NCBI GenBank assembly: GCA_002269645.1
Contig: NIVC01001978.1
Span: forward strand, 152,708 to 216,707
Reading direction: 5' to 3'
Source of the DNA: Macrostomum lignano
Taxonomy: Eukaryota
Length of the DNA stretch: 64,000 nt
In this document: one piece after another, positions 25,890-38,663 of the stretch
How positions within the stretch are numbered: position 1 is the first letter of the stretch
Layout of the letters: each line of letters opens with the position of its first letter
Made by a program: the position numbers and the translations under genes
The notes under the pieces: model-generated
The model's database searches: none
What the model was told of the DNA's origin: nothing
Seen by the model: only the letters and a program-made list of their open reading frames with translations

Positions 25890-28800
25890 GTTTTAAAGAT
25901 TATTTAGCATGCAAAATGAAGGGTGTAAATTGTGTTATCTAAATTATCTAAAATATTTTCTAACAAATAGAGACATATGGAAATAAAAACATACATATTT
26001 GGCATATGGATAAAAAAATAAATTGAAATTTAGAATATTATTAATGAGACTGAAATTTTTCAGATTTTCACATTGAGTATTATACTTTCTTTTATTTCAC
26101 AAATAATTTATTCATTTATATATTTATAATTCATTTATATTTCATTTTATTATTGCATTTTATTACATATATATATTACATTTACATTTATATATTACAT
26201 TTATATTACATTTTATATATTACATTTATAATTCATTTATATAAATTACTATTTGACAAAAATAAAGCATTAACTTAAAATGGAGAATTGTTAGTAATAA
26301 ATACATTCATATATTACGACTAATCCGACGTGACAGTCTAGTTTAATAATATATGGGAAAAATTATTTCGAAAAGGACAAGTATGTTCTCTTTTAGTAAA
26401 TTTGAAAGCATTTTAACTTTTGGGTTTTAAACTGAAGTGTTATTATCCTAATTTGTTTAGTTTAGCAATATTTTACAGGTTAGGTATATTCATAAAATAT
26501 CAATAACAAAATTAACAAAAAATAGAAAATAGTAGCTAAGGCATACATGTAAGGTATGTTAGTGGACGACTGGTATGTGGTATGATTTTTTAATTATAAG
26601 CGTAGACGAAGTAAAGTCACTTTTAGTAGACGAAGCAGTACGAAAAAATAGTTCATTTGCTTCAACCACCAAATAACATATATAACAGTAATTCGTAAAA
26701 AACAATTTCAAATCATAGAATATAAAATTTTGTTGGTATTAACAGCAGCAGAGTCAACAATAATTAGCCTGCTTTTGCCCACTTTCGAAGAAAAACATCA
26801 GATTAGAATTATTTTCCAAATCATTATCATAAAAACGGTTTTGTGATTTCATACAGCAATCAATTTACAGATATTTAATTTGTCTCCTTACTGCATTTAA
26901 GGTCTATTCTTTTGTTATTAAAATAATTTTTAAAACCAACTTTGTTATATCGGTAAGCTAATCCGGCAGTGTTTAAAAATCACTGATGAGAATGAAAGAT
27001 AAGTCTATTCAATGACCACTGCATATAGCTGTATGTAGTTTTACAACGGTCCTTGAGTATATTCTCACATGCATAAAATACTATTGCTATCCATGAACGT
27101 TTTGGGTACTTAAGAGTTGAAAATTGTTTAACGGCCGTGGCGGTATACTAGCTACTCGCCACGGCCTTGTGTCCACTTGGTGTATTGCTTTGTTTTTTTA
27201 AGTTAATGTTTAAAAAATTAGATAAGAAAAAACCATATTATTCACATCCATCTCTTTGCCTCTTCACTATATATTCCAGTTTTTTTATGAATCAAGTGAA
27301 AATTATCACCAGACTGCAGAAGACTGCAATAGAGGGCAATAAAAGCTCGACTTTCTTATGCATATACGAACGCGAATCTATACACCACCTCGACCATAAA
27401 TTTATGCTCATGTATACATGTAGTTATATTGATGAGGACGCACTTTTTTCCAAATTTCACGCTCGCACGGGTTCCAAACTTGCTAGCCTACTAACAGCAG
27501 GCTATGGGCGTTTTTCTCCCTCTTTTGTAATTTTTCTAGAATTCATACTAGTAGGACTTCTGTAGCTATATTAATCTGCCAGCAAATCTGCCAGGTCTGA
27601 CAGCAACCTGCGCCTCACTCAGTGCGGAGGCTGCATGGCGCTAGATAGTCTGAAAGGATGCGGGCGGTACGCAGCTTTTTTCTCATCATTTTGACAGGCC
27701 ATCAAGATTTATGAGGTCAGGGCCTATTGTTCGTGTTCACTCAAGCGTGTGACAGCTTTGACAGCTATGCGTTTTACCCCTAAAAGTACGTTGGGATTGG
27801 CGATTAGCGATTTCTCTTCATTATCTTCGCTTTCTACTTAATAAGAGCTTTCTAATGTATATTTTTTCATTGATTTTTGTCACTTCTACGCGAAAAGGCA
27901 TAAATCATTTTGTTGCGATTTTGATTGATTTATGGCCGCACCTGTCATATTTTTACGACCCCGAGGGAACTGATAGGATCTGCCGGTCACGTGACTTTGG
28001 GTGGCAACAAGCTCAGCCAAGCAGGAAATTCGACGCTCATTCTAACAAATCGGCTCAGCCAATCAGAATCGACGTGTTCCATTATAACAAACTGCGGTCC
28101 AGTTGGCGGCTATTTAAACCGGTGTTTTTGGCCCGCTCGGACTAACCCTTTCTGGAGACCGGCCAACAGGAACTTGCTCTCTCTCTGGACCGACCGTCGT
28201 TTCTTGATCCCCGGATTGCGACTCCCCCCATCATCGTCAAGGACGAATTCCCCCGGTCATCAGCAGTGAACATCAAAGTTAAGAGCATCACCTGCTAGCT
28301 ATCTGCAAAGGTTATGACATCAGCATCATCCCGGGTCTACAACTGCAAAGCACTAAGCCGATTCGGTCACTGTGGATTACCTGGTTTCCGGCTGTTGAGC
28401 TTCTGATTGGTTGGGTGAGAGGCTGCCTAGACTTGCTTGATTGGGGGATTCCTTACCTGTCCCCTGTTTCAGTAGCTGGATTAGGCGCACACTTTTGCTC
28501 ATTTTGTTCAGTAGTGCTGTTACTGAGGCGGAAACCATTCAATAATACTGCTAAAACTCCAATTCCGAGTCCGAGTCCGAGTCTCCAAGTCCGAAACACC
28601 AATTCAATCTGAAGTGTGAAGTGATTCAGTGAGAAGGTTAAATCTGACAGTTATTGTTATCGGTTTTATTTCTTTGTTCGCCGATGGCTCAGATGAGTAG
28701 TTAGTAGGCGCCGGTCACAGTGGACCAATGGCAAGGCAGTTCTCAGTCGACCAATCTATCAAATCAGTGAGCAAAACTGCCAGAAGTGCAGAATCGGCGC

Positions 28801-28979
28801 CAGAGATGTACTTTGTGCACTCTAGGTTTGCCAAGCGGCTCGGGTAATGAATCATGCGGTCTCTGAAGTTCGAGTTAGTCTATCATCAGCGCTATGAGAG
28901 GCTAGTTGGCGCGTTGAAGGCCAAAAGTACAATTCTTCGTATTTAGCAATGTAATAGTACATGTATAGCTACCCCATAG

Positions 28980-29699
28980 TCTCGCCACTGCAAGAATCCC
29001 CTGCACAAGTCCCCTCTGTACCTGCATGGCCAATGCGATCGAGTCCCAGCAGTGTCCCTTAACATCGGCTATGACTTCGAGATTGACAGCAAAAAGAAAC
29101 GTGTAGTTGGCAGGTAAGTGCAAAGCCCCTTCTAGTCGGAAGCCCGATTTCGAGAGTCCTGGTGAGCCAGGACGTACGGGCTGGTGGCAGCGAGTTAGCT
29201 AATCTGCGGATTAACTAATTTCTACCTTCAAAATTCTCCCTGCTTGTCTCTCGCTGTCCCTCTCTTAGCTATAGGACCTAGACTGCTCGCCACACGATCA
29301 AGCTACCATGTGGCTGACCATCTGACAGGAGTGGGGGACCAGGACTCTAATTGATTTATTTCTGAGACCTGAGGCCCGAAGGCTTCCCCACGAGGGGGCT
29401 GAAAGGCCGAAACCCATCAATATCCCCAATTTTTTTCTAAAAATTGTTAAAAATTTAGATTTCGGAAGGGTAAGGAGTTTGAAACAATGCACCAAAAACA
29501 GATACATCCGTTCAAAAACCCGCCACCAGCTGTACCAGACGGTAGGAGGCTTCCAGACGCTGACGTCAATCAGAAGATCGCGGCAAGTGTGGCGGGCTAC
29601 GCGCAGAAAAAGGTTAAGAAAAAAGCAAAACGGAAGTTTATGAAAAAGGGGGCTAAATTCACTGGAAAGGTTGTAACGGATATTCTTGACTTTGATTAA
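28980..29699 (+). CDS. Putative last two exons of a small Lys-rich protein of unknown function; HPFKNPPP motif resembles the peptide cluster
   Basis: Exon 28980-29113 (catag|SRHCKNPLHK..KKKRVVG AG|gtaagt) joins in phase 2 to exon 29459-29699 (tttag|A FRKGKEFETMHQKQIHPFKNPPPAVPDGRR..KKVKKKAKRKFMKKG..DILDFD*). Start exon uncertain. Confidence 0.45.
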
Positions 29700-30319
29700 T
29701 AGGTTAGTACGCTCGTAATGAGCGATAAAAAAACAACTTCAGCAGGTACACGATCAGTGTGAGAAGCTAAAAAATTGGTTTTGTATGTAAATGTGTTTGT
29801 TTTTAACAAATGAAATATACGAGCGTACATGTATGTAGCCACAAAGCGCGTCTTATCTAAGTAATGATGAAAGATGTAAAATAATGTTACTATATTCCTT
29901 AAATACATGAACATGTATACATACATAAGTTCTTTTTCTAATTCCATACCTCTAGGAACAACAACTCACTGATTTTTATGGGAATACAACTACGAAGATA
30001 GCAGCTCATTGGCCTCTAACATTTGTTGTTGCTCCTCTGTGCACATATGTACCTCCGAGGTGGCTTCCCGACTGAGCAGAACAGGCTACAGAGAATGTTA
30101 CTTTGTCGCAAGAAAATCACTGCCATCACTCTGCCGATGCTGCGTTATTTGGCGAAACTTGATTAAAGCATCCTTCTCATTGTTGGTAATCCAATGACGG
30201 TTCTGTTGTTTCTAGTCTGAGGCCAGGGCCATAGAAGTACATGTACTCCCAAATTTCTTCACCTGTGAGGATGCTATCTACTCAGGCAAGTGGCAAGCAT
30301 CAACTGGATGAACTCAACT

Positions 30320-31209
30320 CGGACTTCTGGGCATCCCATCGTCTCAAGCCCTACATCCTGGTTAGAAAGTTCACCATCGTCATATTGATCACCAGCCGTT
30401 GATGCGTCCATTTGGCCGATCTCTGGGAATCCCGACAAATATATCGCTAAGCCATAGCATTTCGACTATTACGACATTCAGTATGCGCCGGAGAGTTAAA
30501 TGATTCTGATGCGCCATCACACGGGTTGGTCCAAGCCATGGATTCAGGAAGCATAGAGAGTGCTAGCTCGTATCGTATCAACTTTGTAAACTTTGAATCG
30601 CCCGTAATCCCGAAAAATCGCATTGTGTAGCGGAGATCGACGCAGAACCATTCGTTCAACGCGTCATGCAAAAAGGGTTGTCTGGTTACTGCATGGAAGT
30701 CGTGATCTCAGGCCGAGCAGTACTAATAAGCTCACCATCAAAAATGGACTTCCATTCAATGGGCCGCGAAATGCCCATTCACTTCAAACTCACAACTCAT
30801 AATGGGTACATAGCAACCTACAAGTACATGTTCGTGGCCCGGCGTACGATCTGACGTCGAGCACTATGTTGCACCGCATGCAATGTCCTCCGACCAAGGC
30901 TTGCACGAGAGCGTGACGCACCATTTCAGAAGCTTCAAATGGATTGATCTGGCAACATCCTCATTATTGTTGTTGATGCACACTCCGGCTGGATTGAAGC
31001 TTTTCCATGTAGAAACCGAACTTTTACTTCTGTTATCACCGCACTTCACACAGTCGTCACACGCATTGGTGCTCCAGAATTTCTCGAGTCCGATTAAGGC
31101 CCTGAATTCATCAGCGATGAGCTGACCTCCTGGCTAAAGACATGGCACATTAGGCAGCTCGAATCCTCATTTATTATTGGCAAGCCAACGTGACGGGCGC
31201 GGCGCAGAC
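30320..31209 (+). mobile_element. Degenerate Gypsy/Ty3 LTR-retrotransposon pol relic (RNase H plus integrase)
   Basis: Frameshifted RLKPYILVRKFTIV/DHQPLMRPFG..GIP (RNase H), H.G..DVEHYV..CTAC (HHCC) and IIVVDAHSGWIEAFP..RIGAPEFLESD*GPEFISDEL..HIRQLESSFYYWQAN (rve core with a stop in DNG). Confidence 0.85.
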
Positions 31210-31712
31210 GGGGGGTTTCACTAGGCCGAAACTTCACTAGGCCGAAACTTCACTAGGCCGAAACTTCACTAGGCCGAAACTTCACTAGGCCGAAACTTCA
31301 CAAGGCCGAAACTAACATGGTAACATTAAAGTGAATCTTAGAGCCATGCATATTCTACGAATAGGAATCTAGGCAAATCTGCGTGCTTTCAAAGGAGCCA
31401 CAAAAACATACAAACTTTACAACTTAAAAGTCCATCCGATTGAGACAGAAAATGGCAATGAAAATAATAAGCAATCAGAGTTCACCCCCAAATGAAGTCA
31501 GAAATGTCGAAAAAACTGAGTGACCATATCGTGCTCCCACTTTGGTAGCAGAGTAACACTTAGGTCAAAATAAAGAAACTGGTGCAGAGAAATCGTCACT
31601 GCTTGCGGTTCCATTTTGGAGGCTTAAGTTCACATCCTCTTTCGACCATAGTAAGGACGCTGCTAAAATGATTTTTCGGCAATGTGAAGTTTCGGCCAAG
31701 TGAAAGCGCCCC
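31210..31712. mobile_element. 503-bp MITE with ~29-bp TIRs, 16-bp subterminal repeats and 8-bp TSD (Merlin/hAT-type), inserted in the Gypsy integrase
   Basis: Left GGGGGGTTTCACTAGGCCGAAACTTCAC vs right GTGAAGTTTCGGCCAAGTGAAAGCGCCCC. TSD GCGCAGAC (31202-31209) / GCGCGGAC (31713-31720). (CACTAGGCCGAAACTT) x5 lies inside the left end. Confidence 0.8.
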
Positions 31713-33619
31713 GCGCGGACGATATAACACCGCTTGGGTCCTCGATGGCGAATTGCTAGCTCGTACGCCTAGCAAGTAATCAACAAGCGCGCCCCACAGG
31801 TTGAGGATAGTGATGAACACGTCCCGGCCGCTGACGTAGTTGCGCAACCACCTTGACGTACTCACGTAGCAGCCGTGCCAGAAGCAAGTCCCCGACTCCC
31901 CACTTATAGCTTTCCTGATTCCTGAAGGCACTTCCTGAAGTACTGTCAGTTAAAGACTTAATTCCCTGTGTATTATATCAGCCCCCTGCCCTTTGACGAG
32001 TTCTTATTAGTGCCCTTTGAAACATCTCAAATTTTATTTCCAAAGACTTGTTATCGAAGGGGCATGTTGTAGACTACGATCTGCTCTATAACTTCGATGG
32101 CACAGTTTGTTACAGCTGTTACAGCTCGTTGGGGCTTTCATGTTAAACTTTAAGCCTCTCTTAACTCAGCGACTACTCAAACATCATGTTAGGTCAAGTA
32201 CTCAAACTCCGTCAAGTTTTTTTTTGATTAAAATAGAATGCATGCTGGGCAATGTCATGCCACGATCAAATTCACATTTCCTAAATTTCAGCTCTCTGAG
32301 TTAGCCGTTACAACAACAGTAGAACCTTTAATAACAATGTATTTGAATTTGTACTCGGAAAAGTTTACAACGTTAACAAACGTATCCAATCGCTTTAAGT
32401 TATTTTTAATTAAAAAATTTACTTTATTTGTACAAAGAAAAGTTGCACAACAACAGTATAGTTTCAGCAAGTGTTTCTACATTAGGAAGGTATACTATAA
32501 AAGGTACTGAATTCTGATAAACAAAGTGAATGACGGTTAAACTCTAGTGAACTACAAGCTAACATAAACTATTTTTATGATAAAATACTTGGGCCGCTTA
32601 GACACTTGTGTTTAGTAAAATACAATTAGGTTCAGTCATAATGTTCATTGTAAGCCAAGGCAACTGAAATGTACATTGACGTGTACATTAAAATGTACAT
32701 GTACATAAAAATTAGACCTGGGCCTAAGGGTTTAGCTACGGATGGCCTGCAAGGGATGGGACAGAGAAGCAATAAATGAGCCTTTAAGGAATGCAATTAC
32801 AATGCTTTTACTTGTATTTCAACTTCTACTGAACTGAAAGTAGCTTGTATGCTATAATGCGCTGAGTGAATTCACCATCTAGTTGTTACAGTTTGAAACT
32901 TGTATAGTTTTTATAGGCAAGCAGAGCAGATTCTGCTTTTATATCCTACGTACATGTCTCATACCTAAAAATCATAAAAGATTCATGTTTAAAGCTCGAC
33001 TCATTGGTTTTATAAATCTATTTTCTCATTCTGTTACACTTTATTGCTACACACTCAGCTATAAGAGTTTTAATTTTCTAACTTTTCTAAGAATCTAAAT
33101 TTTCCAAGAAACGTTTAGTTTCGGACGCTTCTATACCTGAGTAGTCCCCTCATTATACAGATTTCCCAAGTTCAGAAACAAGATTCCATCTCTTCTTACC
33201 GCTACTGCATCCTTCGGTTGCTATGGGCAACGAAATAAGATTTGTAATCACAACCAGTAGACACAGGAATGCCAAGCATTTACTCAAGTAAGACATTTTG
33301 CTGGCTGCGACAAAATAAAATTAATAATGACCAACGAAATCTGGCATGCGACTACATGTAGGGTTTAGGTAATTCCGACTCTCAGTTGGCGTCTAGGCCA
33401 TAGACATCTGCGTAAAGTACATGTAAGTCAACTTGAAGAAATATTGCACTTTCGCCAGATCTTAGTCAATTATTTGACTTTATATCTTTGCAATCGTCCA
33501 TGGCCAAAATAAACCTAATAAACATAAGCTTTGAGCTAATTTCTAATTCGAGTAGATGATTGCTACCTCTACATCATTTTAGTAAGAGTAAAAAAAGCAT
33601 AAAAATATTAATTTCGAAA

Positions 33620-34033
33620 ATGTCGAGCAGTCAACTTTTCACCAGTCTGTGCTTGCTGGTAACGGCTCTGATGTTAGCTAATGAAGTTCAAGGATGCCCT
33701 AGGCCTATTTTAAGAAGAGGTAAATATCCTAATTTGTGTTCTAGTTGACATGGGCTCTACGTACGATGTAGGAATAATAGGACAGATAGACACGGCGGAA
33801 TAGAGCAGTTCGTCACATCGGAGCCTCTCCTTTCTTCCGCAGTGAAGAACATAAGAAATCCGTTTAAATCGCCGCCACCTCCTCCAAGAAAGAAGCTGGA
33901 CATCAGCTGGCCCGTGAACCGGCCTGTCAAGTCAAAAATGGCCTCAATGAAGTCCATCAATAAGGATTTGAAGAAAATGAAAAAAGCACGGGAAGCGGCT
34001 TATTTTAAAAGAAAGCAGGCCGGCAAGCTATGA
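33620..34033 (+). CDS. Secreted basic peptide precursor, copy A (96 aa)
   Basis: Exon 1 33620-33719 (G|gtaaat), exon 2 33843-34033 (ctttcttccgcag|TG). MSSSQLFTSLCLLVTALMLANEVQG-CPRPILRRVKNIRNPFKSPPPPPRKKLDISWPVNRPVKSKMASMKSINKDLKKMKKAREAAYFKRKQAGKL*. Same exon length and phase in three paralogs; AATAAA in a conserved 3' UTR (~34235). Confidence 0.85.
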
Positions 34034-34529
34034 AGCGAAAAAGTTTACTGCATTGGACAACAAGCTCATGTGGTGTCAAAGAGCTCTACTTTTTACTGAT
34101 CATCGTTTTTGATCAGTCAATGTGAGTTCTTTATTGACTACTAGCACGCTGTTTATTTTTTTGAAGGAGTACGAGTATAGCTTTTTTGTACATTTTTTTC
34201 AGTCACCCTTTTTAACGAGAGTAGCGAAACTTTAATAAATAAAATTGCAAGTTGCAAATAGCTTTTTGCCATAATGAAGCATGTATCCATCTACGAGTTG
34301 CATGTACTCGTACTGAATGCCTAACATGTACAATATTGTCTGCAACGCTCTAGTCGTGTACTCTATAGCTTGTATACAAGCGTAAAGTAATGCATCCAAC
34401 AAATATTCGAAAACGCGTTTTGACATTGATTTTAGCGAAAGAGCTCAAAGTAATAGTGATGCAGTAGTGTAAACATCACTCATAAATTGTAGGTATCGTA
34501 AGGTTTAATTTGAATACGTATTTGCCCCT

Positions 34530-34612
34530 GTGTTCTTCGATCTTGGTCGTGCCGGGATTCTTCGAACTGGGACCTAGGTGCGCTGTCGTCCACTCTGCTG
34601 GACATGGATGGG
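34530..34612 (-). mobile_element. Short non-LTR RT fragment (WTTAHLGPSSKNPGTTKIEEHR), homologous to 47380-47435
   Basis: Degenerate W..A.L.PIPKK.G RT domain-1 motif; DNA similarity to the RTE relic. Confidence 0.55.
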
Positions 34613-34622
34613 GGTCCACCCC

Positions 34623-35401
34623 AACTGCCAGCCGGAAAACTGCCAGCCGACAACTGCCAGCCGACAACTGCCAGCCGACAATTGCCAGCCGAGAAAACTG
34701 CCAGCCGGAAAACTGCCAGCCGACAACTGCCAGTCGACAATTGCCAGTCGACAATTGCCAGCCGAGAAAACTGCCAGCCGGAAAACTGCCAGCCGACAAC
34801 TGCCAGTCGACAACTGCCAGCGGACAAGTTCTAGATAATTGAATCTACTGTAGCCTACTTATTAGCTAAGTAAAAAGCACAAAACTGTTTGGCTAGCAAA
34901 AGGCTTGTGGGGTAGCCTTAAATGTCGCCCTTCTCTTCCCTAAATTTTTCAGATTTCCATTAGAAGTATATATGTGAAGGAGAAGGCATTTTGTAATGCC
35001 TATTGTAAATATTTCTGTATTGAAAGTTTATATTTACTTTATTATTTAATTTGCGATTGCGATTGCTATATGACGCAATCCTAGATAAGTATATTAAATT
35101 ACTTTACTTAAATAAAGCTTTCAAAGAAAGAACAAAGGCTACCTAAAATACAAAATTTGAATGCTTTCTCCTTCAACTGTTGTCGGCTGGCAGATTTCTC
35201 GGCTGGCAGTTGTCGGCTGGCAGTTTTCCGGCTGGCAGTTTTCTCGGCTGGCAATTGTCGACTGGCAGTTGTCGGCTGGCAGTTTTCCGGCTGGCAGTTT
35301 TCTCGGCTGGCAATTGTCGACTGGCAGTTGTCGGCTGGCAGTTTTCTCGGCTGGCAGTCGTCGGCTGGCAGTTGTCGGCTGGCAGTTGTCGGCTGGCAGT
35401 T
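34623..35401. mobile_element. Foldback-like element: inverted arrays of 14-16 bp units (AACTGCCAGCCGAC/GGAA/GAGAA) flanking a ~350-bp AT-rich spacer
   Basis: Array 34623-34826 is the reverse complement in unit sequence of array 35178-35401. No TSD identified. Confidence 0.7.
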
Positions 35402-35691
35402 TACACACTAATTATCTAAGATGTCTTGTCTGCAGTGACAATGGTACAATATAGATCATACTCTTTCGACATTGCTTTTACTGAGAGAAGTCAGAGAAAT
35501 AGTCATGCAGTTCCTGTACGGTGCCGACGTCACTCTCATAGATTTTAGGCATTGAAAAGTTGCATTTGAATACCATCAGCGAGTAGAAATCTCTAACAGG
35601 TAAATACAGAATCATCGTCCATTCATAGAGAATTTTGGCGTCAAGGTCAACTAGCCTACGTTCGCATGGAACAGGGCAGATATAGTCGATA

Positions 35692-36600
35692 GACAAAGTG
35701 GAATGGGGCAGATAGACACAGCGGAATAGGGCAGATAGACACAGCGGAATAGGGCAGATAGACACAGTGGAATAGGGCAGATAGACACAGCGGAATAGGG
35801 CAGATAGACACAGTGGAATAGGGCAGATAGACACAGTGGAATAGGGCAGATAGACACAGCGGAATAGGGCAGATAGACACAGTGGAATAGGGCAGATAGA
35901 CACAGTGGAATAGGGCAGATAGACACAGCGGAATAGGGCAGATAGACACAGCGGAATAGGGCAGATAGACACAGTGGAATAGGGCAGATAGACACAGTGG
36001 AATAGGGCAGATAGACACAGCGGAATAGGGCAGATAGACACAGTGGAATAGGGCAGATAGACACAGTGGAATATGGCAGATAGACACAGCGGAATAGGGC
36101 AGATAGACACAGTGGAATAGGGCAGATAGACACAGTGGAATAGGGCAGATAGACACAGCGGAATAGGGCAGATAGACACAGCGGCATATGGCAGATAGAC
36201 ACAGTGGAATAGGGCAGATAGACACAGTGGAATAGGGCAGATAGACACAGCGGAATAGGGCAGATAGACACAGCGGAATAGGGCAGATAGACACAGTGGA
36301 ATAGGGCAGATAGACACAGCGGAATAGGGCAGATAGACACAGTGGAATATGGCAGATAGACACAGCGGAATAGGGCAGATAGACACAGTGGAATAGGGCA
36401 GATAGACACAGTGGAATAGGGCAGATAGACACAGCGGAATAGGGCAGATAGACACAGTGGAATAGGGCAGATAGACACAGTGGAATATGGCAGATAGACA
36501 CAGCGGAATAGGGCAGATAGACACAGTGGAATAGGGCAGATAGACACAGTGGAATAGGGCAGATAGACACAGTGGAATAGGGCAGATAGACACAGCGGAA
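35692..36600. repeat. 23-bp minisatellite (TAGGGCAGATAGACACAG(T/C)GGAA), ~39 units
   Basis: Direct reading; same family as the arrays in peptide-gene introns. Confidence 0.97.
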
Positions 36601-37576
36601 TGTGACCTCTGGAGATGATCACATAATCACCTGGAAGATTGACCTAACTCCTTGGCTGCCTCTCAAGCTAAAATTGTCGCTTCCATGGGTGGCTACACTG
36701 CTGTCGCCTCTTTTGACTCAGCTGTAGGCGGCTCCAAGCATCCGAGTGCAACGGGAGGCGTCGCTGCCATTCCGCTGACCCCTGGCGATCACGGGCAGCT
36801 GGTGCTGCGGTGTCGCGCAAGGAGATCCAGTATCGTTATTGCTGGTGTCCAAACAGAGTGGTCCCTCAACGGAGAGTTGGATGGTCGCTTGCCCGGTAGC
36901 TCTTAGGTACATGTACGAGTAGCGGACGAACTGGGAGAAATTCTCGGCTTGAAAATGTCAGACTTTCAGTTGCGCACCTGTCAGATTGTAGGAGGCGAGT
37001 GTGACTTCGAGGGCTTCTGTCCATTCGTTGGTTAACTATCTGGGATGAGATGTGTTGATTAAATTTGAATGTACGTAGACTTATGTACATTCATCTCATA
37101 CTCATTCTATGCATGACTTCTTTCTTGTATAAAACTACGATAATTAACAAAAAAGCCATAGAGCTTCTAATATACTAAAATGGTTTGTCGGTAGGTATAT
37201 CTATATTCAGTGATGCAAGTTACATTAAATTCTGATTGCGACGTCAGTCTACTTTGGGACACAGCAGTAAAGGTCTTTAGAAGTTCCAAATCTAAATTTC
37301 CTCTAATCAGCGAAAGTAAATAGGGAAATAATAAGAATCTGCACTTTTGCCGGATTCTATCGCACTTGATTGATCAAATCTTACTTGTCTATGGCAAAAA
37401 ATTACGCAAGTTATGTATGTTGCCGGCTTTTTCGGTAGCAATTTCACTATGCTGAAGCCAGGTAGCAACTCGTAACAACGCGTCTTTGAGCTGTTATAAC
37501 TTCAATTAGATAATTGCCACGCCTGCAACTAAGTAGTACGCGAACCAAGGATATAAAAAGAAAATTTAATGCGAAA

Positions 37577-38663
37577 ATGTCTAGCTGCCAACTTCTCACA
37601 ACTCTATGCGTGCTGGTAATGGCTCTGATGTTAGCTACTGAAGTTCAAGGATGCCCCAGGCCTATTATGGCAAAAGGTAAATATGCTTATTTGTGTTTTA
37701 GCTGATAGGGCTCGAAATACGATTTAGGAACAGACACAGTGGGATAGGGTAAATGGACACAGCGGAATAGGACAGGTAGACAGTGGAGTAGGGTAGATAG
37801 ACACAGCGGAATAGGGCAGGTAGACACAGCGGAATAGGGTAGATAGATACAGCGGAATAGGGTAGATAGATACAGCGGAATAGGACAGGTAGACACAGCG
37901 GAATGGGTAGATAGATACAGCGGAATAGGACAGGTAGACACAGCGGAATGGGTAGATAGATACAGCGGAATAGGGCAGGTAGACACAGCGGAATGGGTAG
38001 ATAGATACAGCGGAATAGGGCAGGTAGACACAGCGGAATGGGTAGATAGATACAGCGGAATAGGGCAGGTAGACACAGCGGAATAGGGCAGGTAGACACA
38101 GCGGAATAGGGCAGGTAGACACAGCGGAATAGGGCAGGTAGACACAGCGGAATGGGGCAGGTAGACACAGCGGAATAGGGCAGATAGACACAGCGGAATA
38201 GGGCAGGTAGACACAGCGGAATAGGGCAGATTGACACAGCGGAATAGGGCAGGTAGACACAGCGGAATGAGTAGATAGATACAGCGGAATAGGGCAGGTA
38301 GACACAGCGGAATAGGGCAGGTAGACACAGCGGAATAGGACAGGTAGACACAGCGGAATAGGACAGGTAGACACAGTGGAATAGGACAGGTAGACACAGC
38401 GGAATAGGCCAGGTAGACACAGCGGAATAGGACAGGTAGACACAGCGGAGCCGCCGCACTCTCCTTCCGCAGTGAAGAGCGTCAAAAATCCGTTTAAATC
38501 GGCGCCACCGCCACAAAAAAAGAAGTTGGACATCAGCTGGCCCGTGAACCGGCCTACCACGTCAAAAAAGGCCCCAATAGATTCCATCAATAAGGATTTG
38601 AAGAATATGAAAAGCCAGCGGGAAGCGGCTTATTTTAAAAGAAAGCAGGCCGGCCGCCGATAA
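37577..38663 (+). CDS. Secreted basic peptide precursor, copy B (96 aa)
   Basis: Exon 1 37577-37676 (G|gtaaat), exon 2 38473-38663 (ctccttccgcag|TG). MSSCQLLTTLCVLVMALMLATEVQG-CPRPIMAKVKSVKNPFKSAPPPQKKKLDISWPVNRPTTSKKAPIDSINKDLKNMKSQREAAYFKRKQAGRR*. Confidence 0.87.
37733..38449. repeat. 23-bp minisatellite array (~31 units) inside the copy B intron
   Basis: Direct reading. Confidence 0.95.

Noticed and set aside
29362-29413. Hammerhead-ribozyme-like string (CTGAGACCTGAGGCC...GGCCGAAAC with small hairpins)
   Set aside because: The core CTGANGA is not intact and no stem III/NUH cleavage site could be paired.
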